From: Ginkgo biloba
Lineage: Eukaryota; Plantae; Ginkgophyta
DNA length: 18,212 nt
Direction: 5' to 3'
Assembly (NCBI GenBank): GCA_024626585.2
Contig: JANKJI020000002.1
Location: 201,329,255 to 201,347,466, forward strand
Positions 1 through 10,240 of this stretch are shown here, piece by piece. Under the pieces are notes generated by a model, which was not told where the DNA came from, searched no databases, and saw only the letters and a program-made list of their open reading frames with translations. Position 1 is the first letter of the stretch; each line of letters starts with the position of its first letter. The translations under genes were made by a program, and so were the position numbers.

Positions 1-58
1 TTATTTTGAAAAACCCTTAGGTCTCCCAGTGGTCAACTTCACTCTCAAATACGTTTAA

Positions 59-1440
59 GATGAGTTGGAACTACTAAAAGACAAAACTCTTATTTGTCAA
101 CTCATGGGAATTTGGCACTTAGAAAAAACTCTTAGGGATTGGAGGGGAAAATCTAGAGGATGTATGCTCCCTTTGACTTGGTCCTTTTTTCTAGAGGATA
201 TTTTATTGTCATCTTATCAGAAATAAGTGACATCATTTTATTTTTTGAAAGTGGGCCTTGGTTCTTGAATCGAGTGGGACTTTTCATATAGCACTAATCT
301 TTGATATTTAACCTGATAGAGAAGTTAGCATCGATAGTTCCTATCTTAGCAAGGATTCTATTTCTCCCCTTAGATTTTTGGGGTTTGAAACAACTAGAAA
401 AAATTAGAAATAGGATGGGGTCCTTTATGCAGATCTCAAAAATCACTAGACAAAGAAAAATGGATTCCTATGCAAGAAAATGTATGAATATAGATATATG
501 AAAGTCGATCCCATAAGATATCATTTTGAATATTCAAGGCAACTTTGATTGGATTCAAAACCTGGATTATGAATGGATCATGTTCTATTGTAGGAGATTC
601 CACTCTTATAGTCATCTCTAAAAAAATTACCCCTCTTCCCCTAAAGTCCTAAAGGAGGCTAATCCTAACTAGGAGAAAATCCTTGACCAATAGGAAAAAC
701 CTATAATCCCATCAAAGGGAGCTTTGAAGGCACCTTCACTTTCTCTAGCCAGGGTGGAGACAAAAATCACTCTAAGAAATAAATTTGATGTTATGTTGGG
801 TGAGTTTAAATTTGTACCTCAAGACCTTCCAAGTAAGGAAGGTCTAGAAGCTTAACATGATTCTCCCAATAAACCAGTCCAACTGGTTACTTAGTTCTCT
901 ACTTTGATAGAGGGTCTCCAAACCCACTACAAGATCATATAAGAAATCCATACTAAGATATCCTAAACCACCCTTTATAGGGATGACTCCCAATACATAC
1001 CTCTACTCCTTGATATCACAAACTTCCCCCAGCCCAATTTTGTATCCTCTAACCCACTAGGATCCCTTCCCCTAAAAGGCCCCCTATCCCAGCCAAGTTT
1101 TCTAGTTTGATCCCTCAAAGTGGAAGATGTGACTATACTAGATTTAGGAATAATTACAACTCCAAAGGATAACTACTCCATTGATTCTCATACTAGGTCT
1201 AGGTCAAGAGATAAAATTCCCAGAGCATCACAAAAGGAAAAATAAGCATCAACTTCCCCATAAAATAGATCTTTAAGGGCATCCTAGGTTAAAAGAACCA
1301 ATATAAGACAAAAATTAAAAGGACGACCTAACAAGCACTAGAAACTAAAACAACATGCAAAGGACCTCTTATTGGAAGGGAAACAGACCCAATTAGATTT
1401 TGAGGTAAGAAAATCTTCAAACCTCATTACACAAAGATGA
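59..1440 (+). pseudogene. LINE ORF1 remnant (DUF4283 + zf-CCHC_4-like)
   Basis: Manual translation across stops and frameshifts: DELELLKDKTLICQLMGIWHLEKTLRDW...SRGYFIVIL...ESGPWFLNRVGLFI...ARILFLPLDFWG...SYARKCMNID...LDYEWIMFY-CRRFHSYSHL*KNY (decayed CX2CX4HX4C at 589-630). Tail GRPNKH*KLKQHAKDLLLEGKQTQLDF...QR* ends at TGA 1438-1440. Includes track ORF 301-501. Confidence 0.88.
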
Positions 1441-1865
1441 TATCTTAGAATATTAGAGGCTTAACGTCAGAATCAAAACAAAAGTCCTTAAGTAGGAAAA
1501 TTAAAAACCTAAAGCCTACAGTAGTAATAATACAAGAAAGAAAAAATATTTCCAAGGATTTTCAATCCTTGGCCCAAGTAATTTGGAATGGTTGCACATC
1601 CTTAGCTAAGGATGCTAAGGGACAATCTAGGGGTCTAGATTTCCTTTAGGACCTAAATTCAGTGATAGTGACTCAATCTTAGACCAATCCAAATTAGATT
1701 TCCATTCAGGTCATTAGATATTTTGAAGGCATCCTAACAAATGTCTATGGACCTCCCAGATCCATGCAAAAAAGACTTTGGTGAGAATCCCTGGGGAGAA
1801 ATAGACCTCTTCACAATAACTTGACCTAGATTATAGGTGGGTACTTCAACACCATCCTTTTTTAT
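1437..1865 (+). pseudogene. LINE ORF2 N-terminal apurinic-like endonuclease (EEP/APE) remnant
   Basis: MIS*NIRGL (SWNxRGL), PTVVIIQERK (PDxxxLQETK), DAKGQSRGL (GxSGGL), LTNVYGP and *IIGGYFNTI (WxxxGDFN) occur in the correct order. Conserved Trp codons are TGG>TAG. Confidence 0.92.
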
Positions 1866-2809
1866 TAGGAAATGGAAGGGGAAGGCATGGAAGACTCTAG
1901 AGGAAAGACGACTGTAAGCCTGCCACCCCTAAATCCTTATTCACGGAATTGCTAGGTATTCCAGCTCCATCATTCTTCTTTGAGAAAAAGACTTCAGACT
2001 GCGTCTCCACTTTATCGAGTCTCAAAATATCCTCCCGGCAAACAGAATAAACATCCTCTAGTAAATCTTAACATTTGGCCCTCTGAGCCTCTGGTTCCCC
2101 ATCTCCCTCTAAGGTCTCTGTCCCATCCAATTGACCCAGCGCTGAGCATGCAGAATTTAGCAGCTTCATCTCCATTCCGGATTCCAAACCGACTGCATGT
2201 AAACCTTGGTTTTTTATTTCTCTTTGAGATGCTCATTTTGAGATTCTGACAAACACTTAATGTGCAGGTTTCTGGACAGAGTTTGGCAGGAAGAATGAGG
2301 CCCTACGACGCACTCAGTTAGGGAGCTATCTGCTTCCACTGTCCTGGGAGCCTTGGGTCAGAGCTTATCAATGTTAGGGGCTATCTCCTCTTTGCTCTGT
2401 GAAGAATNNNNNNNNNNNNNNNNTATAATAAGAACTTGCGGTGATCGGGAGCAATCCCCTGACTCATGACTCACTTCCCCACCTGTTGGCGTCTCTAGAG
2501 CCTTTATGCCTCTCACCAATCCTTCAATGAACGCACTCTGGGTCGGATCAGTAACTGTACCAACTGCCTTCCCAGCTCCCATCAGAGCCGACGAACTAGG
2601 GCCGGGACTTTCTTTGACAACTTTCTCTTTCTCCACATTCGACGGCTACAAGCTCTTCTGCGGTTCTATCAAAAGGGACCTCTTCGCATTCCAAGCCTCA
2701 AAAATTTTTTTTCAGAGCCTCTATAGCCACCTCTTCCGATCTAAAAACTGAGGGACATTTGGATCTACCATGCCTTCCTCTGAGACTCATCATATTCTGC
2801 TAGAATGAC

Positions 2810-4245
2810 AAAAGAATTCTTCGAATGGGTTAGATAAGGAATTACTTTATGTTGCTTGTGATGGTTTTGCTCTTTCATTTTTTAGGTACTTCCATTAAAG
2901 TTGCAGTTGTGAAGATAAGTGATTTCCTACCAGAAGGAATCATAGACTTTTTCTCTCTCATATCATAAGCTCTAGATCACTTTGAAGAAGGAAATCTTAT
3001 GAATATCAATTTCATAAGGTAGATAGATATCTCTTACTCAGATACATTATAATATATCACCATAGGTGCCAAGTGTACAATGCAAGNNNNNNNNNNNNNN
3101 NNNNNNNNNNNNNNNNNNNNNNNNNNNNNNNNNNNNNNNNNNNNNNNNNNNNNNNNNNNNNNNNNNNNNNNNNNNNNNNNNNNNNNTCCACCCAATTTTC
3201 CGAGGAAAGAAGAGAGAGATAGGTATTTTGGTCTCGTAGAAATAGTTCTAAAACGCACATCGAGGTGCATTTGACCAATTATTAACAATTTGCATAGTAG
3301 ATATGATCGATCTTTTTTTTTGACTATAATTTTTATTGGGATGCTCGATTTCTCTCCTTTCGGATTATATCATTTTTTAAAGTCTGGGCCTATAGATTCT
3401 CTTTTCTTGATTGGATTTCTCTCTCATTGATTAACAGAAATCAATCGACAATCCTTCACCAAGTGTCCATATTTTCTACACTTAATACATTGAAATGGTA
3501 CTCTTTTGTCATCTATCTGTTGATTAAATTTATGATTTTCAATCACCAACTCTATGTCCTCTGGTAGTCCCTCCAAAATATTTATATTAATATAGATTCA
3601 CGCATAAGAGGCAATTCTATTCCGATTATTCAGATCTAAGAACATCACGAATTCTCCTATACAATCCCTGATCAATTGAAATGCATGGTGATTCCACAGA
3701 TGGAGCAAGAGGAAAGCTAATCTTAACCAGATAATAACTTGTACCAAATTTTCTCTTTGGAGATCGAATTTTGGGTACCATAAGTATAAAATCAATCCTT
3801 TGCCTCCCAAGAACCATGGCCCTCTTTTTAGAATTCGTAATTTCTCCTCCACTGAGCCAAAAATAACCACAAAGTAACCCTTACCCACTAGAAAGAATTC
3901 TATTTGTCCCTAAATCAACTCCCCCCAGGTAGCATTCAACCATTGTCCTAAACTTGTTGGAGAAGGCCAAAGGCCATTAAATTTTTCGATGAGACCNNNN
4001 NNNNNNNNNNNNNNNNNNNNNNNNNNNNNNNNNNNNNNNNATTCACTCTTATTTAGGATCTTCCTTCCCTTCTTTTGATTATAGCATAATTATTTTCAGA
4101 TTTTGGTAAAGATGATACAAAACTCCTCTAATTCTTTCTCCCTACCGAGGGATCTACCTCTACTATAGGATTTCCTAAGATCAGAATGAGAAACCCCACC
4201 ATCAAGTGGGTCTTCCTTCTTAGAACTTCCCCCAAACTCCATCCT
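2810..4245 (-). mobile_element. Second degenerate L1-clade LINE, ORF1 region only, opposite orientation
   Basis: DUF4283 and zinc-knuckle core at 3448-3996. An LSNPFEEF motif near 2815-2835 resembles the ORF1 tail motif (TLRNKFDV in the first LINE). Possible ORF1 start MEFGGSSKK at 4242. Outer boundaries are approximate and cross N gaps. Confidence 0.75.
3448..3996 (-). pseudogene. LINE ORF1 core: DUF4283 + intact CX2CX4HX4C zinc knuckle
   Basis: GLIEKFNGLWPSPTSLGQWLNATWGELI*GQIEFFLVGKGYFVVIFGSVEEKLRILKRGPWFLGGKGLILYLWYPKFD...IWLRLAFLLLHLWN...ASYA*IYININILEGLPEDIEL...QQIDDKRVPFQ-CIKCRKYGHLVKDC (3489-3448). Includes track ORF 3598-3888. Confidence 0.93.
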
Positions 4246-4405
4246 CCTAAAAGATTTTTTGTACTTGTTAAAAAGAAATGACATATTAGTCAAACTCAAG
4301 AATATTCATAGAATGATTCACGTTATAGAGTTTCAACATGGGAATGACATTCACATTAAGAAGGATCAATAACTGACAAAATCTCTAAATGATAATGATG
4401 TATAA

Positions 4406-5000
4406 CCTATAGTTAACCTTTCAATTAATGGATTTGAACTAAAGGATGCAATGTTGATCTTGGATCATAGGTTAATATTTTATCAAAATTCTTATAAATG
4501 TAGATTAATCGACCACCAATAAAGCCATAGTGATAATTTTCTAAAGTTGGCATATGAACATTTGGTCAAATTAATTAGAGTTTTTCGACAAGCTCTTATG
4601 ACAATTAGAGGCACAATTTAGAACTAATTTTAAAGTGGTCAACACTCAAGATAATGAAGATGCATCTTTCACTCTAGTTAGAAGGATATAGGGTAAGTTG
4701 ATGTGTGGCTCATTAAGCTTATAGGAGGAGAGAATGAAGTTCAAATATCACAGAAAAAAATGATTATTCCCCTTAGACTAGAGCTATGTGATCCATATGG
4801 AGAACCTATGAATGACAACTAGAAATATTGACTAGTTATCAAATGCATTTATCGCATCATTGCCACTAATAAAGAGTATCTAAACCCTACTATTGATGGA
4901 GAATCGAGTCTCAATGGCCCTTCTTACATTGATGGTAACTCAAATATGGATTTGTATGATTAGGAGATAGAAAGGTATTTTATCCATTCTAAGAATCATT
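4406..5000 (+). pseudogene. Retrotransposon aspartic protease plus downstream linker remnant
   Basis: PIVNLSINGFELKDAM/VDLGS*VNILSK (catalytic DLGS at 4456-4467)...SDNFLKLAYEHLVKLI...NFKVVN...TLVRRI*GKLM (decayed LxGRPW)...MIIPL; linker EYLNPTIDGE...NSNMDLYD*EIE. Not present in the ORF track. Confidence 0.85.
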
Positions 5001-5569
5001 AAAGTATTGCAACTGTAGAGAAGTCAACTCTTAATTGACAAAATTATTGTGTTGAATGTTGAGGAAAATTTTAATTCACACAACCATATTGACCAAGTAG
5101 ACAATATGTCGATAATTGATACCAAGTTATCAAAATTTTAAGCTTCCTTATGAGTAAATATAAGTCACTTGTGGGAAGCACATCTACTGACACTATAGGA
5201 TTGGTCAACCACCATGCTCATATTTTAGAGATAATTCATCAATCCATGGGAGATTTTTTGTGGAGTTAGTAAAGGATACTAAGCAGTTGGTGATCTTCAT
5301 ATATATATTCATAAATGTATGTATATATGAGATGTACTCTAATTTAATGATCACTGCTTAGTAATATAATAGCTTCGATGATTTTCTACATCTATGTGTA
5401 TAGTCTATGTGAATATGAATGGTGACATGTGTATGTGATTACCTGTTACATGCTTGTATTGAGAGTAGGGATGCATTGTACACTCGTTAGGCATACCTTA
5501 TGCTTAATAGTATGAGAATAACAAGGTGGGAATATTATTTTCTCATATACTTAAAAACTAATATTTTGG

Positions 5570-5600
5570 AGACCAAAGCCTCCCAATTTAGGGAGGTGTG
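5570..5600 (+). other. Possible PPT/3'-LTR junction of the element inserted in the pol linker
   Basis: ttggagaccaaagcctcccaatttAGGGAGG-TG: a short purine tract followed by TG, similar in layout to the clear PPT/LTR junction at 17860-17900. Confidence 0.3.
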
Positions 5601-5838
5601 ATCTATATTGTATCATAAAAAATTGAATATAAACTCAATAAGTAAAATTCAATTTTATAGAATTTTGGGATAGTTATCTTTCAAAGAAAATTGGGAAAAA
5701 TTCATATACTTTTATCCCATGGTTAATAAAGTAAAGTTCTATAATTTAGTGTCAAATTTAAAATGGTACTAAGAGTAAAAAAGAAATCTCTATGCTTTGA
5801 AAGTTACAGTCAAGATAGTGACTACCTATTATTATGGA

Positions 5839-5966
5839 TAGTTTGACGAATGACCGAAGATTTTGGAGAACAAGCTATAAGAGTTTGATGAACGGACAAA
5901 AAGAGTTCAGAGAATGGACCAAAGGGGTTCAATGAATGGACAAAGAGTCCAAAAAATGGGATAAAG
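5839..5966. repeat. Degenerate 20-22 bp minisatellite, ~6 units, running into an N gap
   Basis: Units start at 5839, 5859, 5881, 5903, 5925 and 5945 (e.g. gagtttgatgaacggacaaaaa / gagttcagagaatggaccaaag / gggttcaatgaatggacaaa). Confidence 0.8.
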
Positions 5967-6269
5967 NNNNNNNNNNNNNNNNNNNNNNNNNNNNNNNNNN
6001 NNNNNNNNNNNNNNNNNNNNNNNNNNNNNNNNNNNNNNNNNNNNNNNNNNNNNNNNNNNNNNNNNNAGCTTTCATAACAATTGACCAAAAATTCATCGTG
6101 TACTCTAGAATATCAAAAAGTTTTATTCAAGGATGAAGATTAGTTTGAATTAGTAACTAGGGTATAGGAAGAGACACATGTTAAAATACCTTGTTATAAA
6201 GTTCTCTAACAATGTAAAGATGATAGTGAAGCAACTTTATGTGAAGAGATATAATAATAATTTACATAG

Positions 6270-7222
6270 ATGAATAAGGATATACAGGTGGATGATAACA
6301 TAATTGATAGAACTAGTCAATATTACGATCATATGTTGAAAATAAAGAAGGTATCTATCATATTGATAATGGACGCTAAAATGATAGTAATTAGTCATTA
6401 CTGGACTAAGGAACAAACTAAAAAACTTGTTGGTTTTCTAAGGAGTATCAATATATCTTTTCTAAGGACTCTATGGACATGAAAGAAATACTTGAATCAA
6501 TTGATGTCATGAAATTAGATCTAGTTTTGAATGTGAATCCAATTAAGAAAAACAAATATTGAATGAAACCTAATTTCAAAGCATTGGCGAAGAAGGAGCT
6601 ATACAAATTTATTACTATAGGATTCATTTACCATGCTAGTAAGTCAAAATGGATAGACCTAATTATTACGTAAAAGAATAAAAATGGTGAATTACAATTG
6701 TGCATGAACTACAAAAACTTGAACAAATCACCATTACCAATCTGGTTCCTACTCCTTTCATGAAAGAAATTCTAAAAGGTGTAGTAGCGAATGAAGTATA
6801 TTATTTTATAGATGACTCTTTAGGATACTATCAAGTAAACATTGTATAAGAATATCAAATTAACATTATATATTACAAATGTATAAGGATCTTTTGCTTA
6901 TCGGGTTATGCCCTTCAAGTTGAAGAGTGCTCCAATGGTGTTTTTAAGAATTATCATTGTTGCTTTCAAATATTTAATTCATAAGTTTTTATAGGTATAC
7001 TTAGACGATTAGATGATCTTTGTCTTTGCAAAATATCCTTTTGCTACACTTCAAATGATATGGGAGAGATGTTGACAAGTGCACATTTCTTTAAATTTAA
7101 AGAATATGATTTATTTGGTGCATCCTTTGGTACTGTACTAGGACATGTGGTTTGTCAAGAGGTACTCATGGTCAATATTGCTAATATTATAGTCATTTTT
7201 GACCTACAATACTTGAGTGCAA
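6270..7222 (+). pseudogene. Ty3/gypsy reverse transcriptase remnant (with upstream linker)
   Basis: KIKKVSI...ISHYW...KEYQYIF...NPIKKNKY*MKPNF...KKELYKFITIGFIY...SKWID...KNGELQLCMNYKNLNK...GYYQV...FAYRVMPFKLKSAPMVF...VYLDD* (YLDD at 6998-7009)...GTVLGHVVC. Confidence 0.95.
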
Positions 7223-7409
7223 NNNNNNNNNNNNNNNNNNNNNNNNNNNNNNNNNNNNNNNNNNNNNNNNNNNNNNNNNNNNNNNNNNNNNNNNNNNNTT
7301 ATCGAAGAAAATAAGGACTTTACTTGGATAGATGTTTTCCAAGAATACTTTGAATCATTAAAGAAGATGGATGAAGTATTGATGTTGAGGTATCTATATT
7401 TATCTATTA

Positions 7410-7765
7410 TTTTCATATACACATCAATGTACCATTCTCAATGATTGGAGCATTGTTGGTAAAACTCAATGAATATAATACCAATCACCCCATAGTGTAT
7501 ACACTTAAAAAAAAGTGATGCTAAAAATAACTATTTAACCACAAAACATGAAGGGTTAGGAATGGCATATACTTTATAGAAATTTCAATATTTCCCATTG
7601 GCTACATTTTTTAAATTTTATATAAATCATCAAGCATTAAAGCACCTAGTAAATAAACTAGTACTTCATAGGAGAATTGTTTGGTGGTTGATGTTATCTC
7701 AAGAGTTTGATTTCAACGTAATTTGTGAGGATAAAAAATATATGTCGGACCTAATCATCTCTTAT
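7410..7765 (+). pseudogene. Ty3/gypsy RNase H remnant
   Basis: FHIHIN...IGALL...HPIVY...AKNNYLTTKHEGLGMAYTL*KFQYFPLATFFKFYINHQALKHLVNK...IVWWLMLSQEFDFNV, matching the NYTTTEREGLAMVYAL.KFRHYL...DH.ALKYL pattern with catalytic residues decayed. Confidence 0.92.
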
Positions 7766-7989
7766 AAATTGACTTTAGAGAAGAATTTTATAATATGGAT
7801 GATGAACTTACTTAAGGCACATTTGTTCTACATCGAAGTTATTCTTATTGAGTTAGAAGATATTGTGACATTTATTATAATAGGTCATACAATAAGAATA
7901 TATATAATGAAGCAATTTAAAAAATTATGGTACAATATGGTCATTATCAACTAATTAATGGATACTTTTACAAATTATGACCAAACCTT

Positions 7990-9044
7990 ATATTTAAAAA
8001 TATGTGTCACAGAGTATGATGTGTAAGCAATCCTCTAAGAGGTATATAAAGATGTTATGGGTGTTAATGATCAAGTTAATTCTACTATCCAAAAAATATT
8101 ATGGGTAGGTTTTTAGTGGTCTACCTTATTTAATTATGTGGTTACTTTTATTGAAGGAATGGTATTTTTTTTTGAGTAGGAAGGCAATTCAAAGAGATGA
8201 AATGCCACTCTAACCCATTTGAGCTCAAGGATAATTTTAAAAAAGGACAATCGACTTTGTTAATCCAAATGATCTAAGACAATTAATGATCTAAGTTGAT
8301 TGATAATTATTAATATAACCAAATGTATATAATCCAAATTTATATTTTATTATTCTTCATAGAAAATAATAAATTTTATCTCTAAGAACGTTATCATTCA
8401 ATTTGACTATCCAAGGCTCTTACTAGTGATCATGAGAAGCATTTTATAAATTAGATTATTGAGATTTTGAGAGGAGAATTCATGATTTAGAATCATAATA
8501 GGCATCTATATCATCCAAAAGAAAACAAAATAGTTGAATCATTTAATAAATTTTTGGAATATAGATTAGCCAAAGTATGTATGATTGGATCAACTATGTC
8601 CATAAAGTTTTATGGGCATATAAGATACCTTACAAACAATTGATGAAGCACGTGACATTTCAATTGGTATGTGGATTGGAAGTAATTATACTAATGGAAT
8701 TTAAAGTTTTTATATTTCATATTACTACCTATAATCTAAAGTCTCTACAAGGTAGATTAATTTAGCTTGTTCAACTAGAAGAATCTAGACAATTAGCTAA
8801 TTAGAGTCAAGAAGTGTTGACAAAAATCTTGGTATAATTACGATGATAATCTCAACAAGGAGATAACAAATTAATTTATGATACTAATTATAAGATTAGT
8901 TTAGGAAAAATGAATATTAAATGGTTAGGACCATATGCTATTCGTCAATTGTTCCACAATAGATCAATTAAGCTACATAAATTGGATGGAAGATTGATGA
9001 AGGGCATGGTGAATGAATGTTGACTTAAGCAATATTTTTCTTAA
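7990..9044 (+). pseudogene. Ty3/gypsy integrase remnant (zinc-binding region, core, GPY/F C-terminus)
   Basis: TIQKILWVGF*WSTLF; EMPL*PI; TIDFVNP; LTSDHEKHFIN; YHPKENKIVESFNKFLE; DW...VLWAYKIPYK...TFQLVCGLEVIILMEF; KWLGPYAI...KLDG...VNEC*LKQYFS* (stop at 9042-9044). Confidence 0.93.
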
Positions 9045-9999
9045 GTTGAAACTAACTTAAATATAAAGATAAAAATAATTTTGTACATAGTAAGATAGAT
9101 AAGATTAAAGTGTAAGAGTGGAGAACAATTAAACAATTTTAATAACTACTCTCTAAGGAAGACTGTTAGTATTGCTATAAGAGACAATGCTAGCTAGTTG
9201 GTCTTCATTGAAGTATGAGATACCAGTTAATGCTATTAAAATTAGATTTGTTGAAAAATAAGAAANNNNNNNNNNNNNNNNNNNNNNNNNNNNNNNNNNN
9301 NNNNNNNNNNNNNNNNNNNNNNNNNNNNNNNNNNNNNNNNNNNNNNNNNNNNNNACATAATTAAAAATTAAGATACATACGTTAAAATAATTGTAGAGAA
9401 TTAACATTGACATGAATGAATCAACATCAACATGAAAGCATCAACACTGGGAAATATGTGCATGCATCAATAATGAAGTATTGGCATCTACAATAATGTA
9501 TAAACATTGATAAACAAGGATCAACAAGGAAATATCGACAAAAAGAACAAAGATCAAATGGTGAAATTAATGCATCATGTAGGCTAATGTGATATCATTA
9601 ATTAGTTGAAGATTATAGATACAACATAGTCTAGTATAAATATATGATGGAGGCTAAAGGAAAAGTTTACTAGAGAACTACAAATTTGAGACCTTGTGTG
9701 TGCAAGCATTTCTACTCATTTGTACGAATTTTGAAGAGATACCATAAGATGGCTTGTAGACATGTGATCTTTAAAAGAAATAGAAAGATACAAGTAATCC
9801 TGAGAATATGGTGGATTATGTAAATGATAAGCTATTGATAATATTAGTTAAAGTAGAATAACTTGACTTGGAGAAATTATTGAACAATTTTTATGAAGCA
9901 TCAAGAACATCATACGTGGTTGTAAATGAAGATAATATAAGGGAAACCTAGAGATAAATTATTGAATAGTACAAGACATTATAAAATTTGAGAATAGTA

Positions 10000-10150
10000 C
10001 ATATATTTTCGATGCCAAATTTTGGGTTGGAAAAGATATGTTTTTATTGTTTCTTTCTAAGGTGCATAATGGAAAGATTTTGATTGATAGAGCCATTATA
10101 ATCAACATAGAGAGAATAAGTGATATGATAAGATTATCACCTAAAGAATA
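10000..10150 (+). pseudogene. Remnant of an LTR-retrotransposon accessory (non-gag/pol) ORF
   Basis: HIFSMPNFG.../LSKVHNGKILIDRAIIINIERISDMIRLSPKE resembles, from recall, the PxFG...LSRVHxGxLWLDxPIxIxxxxIxxITGLP motif of extra ORFs in gymnosperm retroelements. Confidence 0.55.
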
Positions 10151-10240
10151 CCTAGTAAATAGTTTCTAGGAAGATGGAATAAAGGTAGGAGTACCCTATT
10201 ATGCCAAAAAAATCATAAGTGATGATAATAAGTAGAATTC

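Larger units (their letters stand above)
1..1880 (+). mobile_element. Degenerate L1-clade LINE (non-LTR retrotransposon): ORF1 plus 5' part of ORF2, 3'-truncated
   Basis: DUF4283-like ORF1, degenerate zinc knuckle, low-complexity ORF1 tail, then an APE endonuclease, in canonical plant L1 order. Homology is lost at ~1865-1880. Confidence 0.9.
4300..9044 (+). mobile_element. Degenerate non-chromoviral Ty3/gypsy LTR retrotransposon internal region (Athila/Tat-like), interrupted at ~5050-6066
   Basis: Domain order protease-RT-RNaseH-integrase. Integrase ends KWLGPY...VNEC*LKQYFS* with no chromodomain. No second RNase H is seen between RH and INT. Confidence 0.88.

Noticed and set aside
1865-2407. 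A long ancestral minus-strand ORF through the left half of the island
   Set aside because: The best frame still has about 7 stops in ~180 codons, no better than random.
1980-2751. Track ORFs 1980-2249(+), 2012-2236(-) and 2506-2751(+) as genes
   Set aside because: Short, overlapping on both strands and without recognisable domains; expected by chance in GC-richer sequence.
3034-3288. ORFs spanning N gaps (also 5822-6136, 7204-7422, 9153-9413, 11178-11405, 17785-18094)
   Set aside because: Their length is inflated by Ns, or they are antisense or off-frame to TE remnants.
5839-5966. CRISPR-like array (also 10462-10580)
   Set aside because: Units are contiguous and degenerate with no unique spacers, there are no cas genes, and the context is eukaryotic TE DNA.
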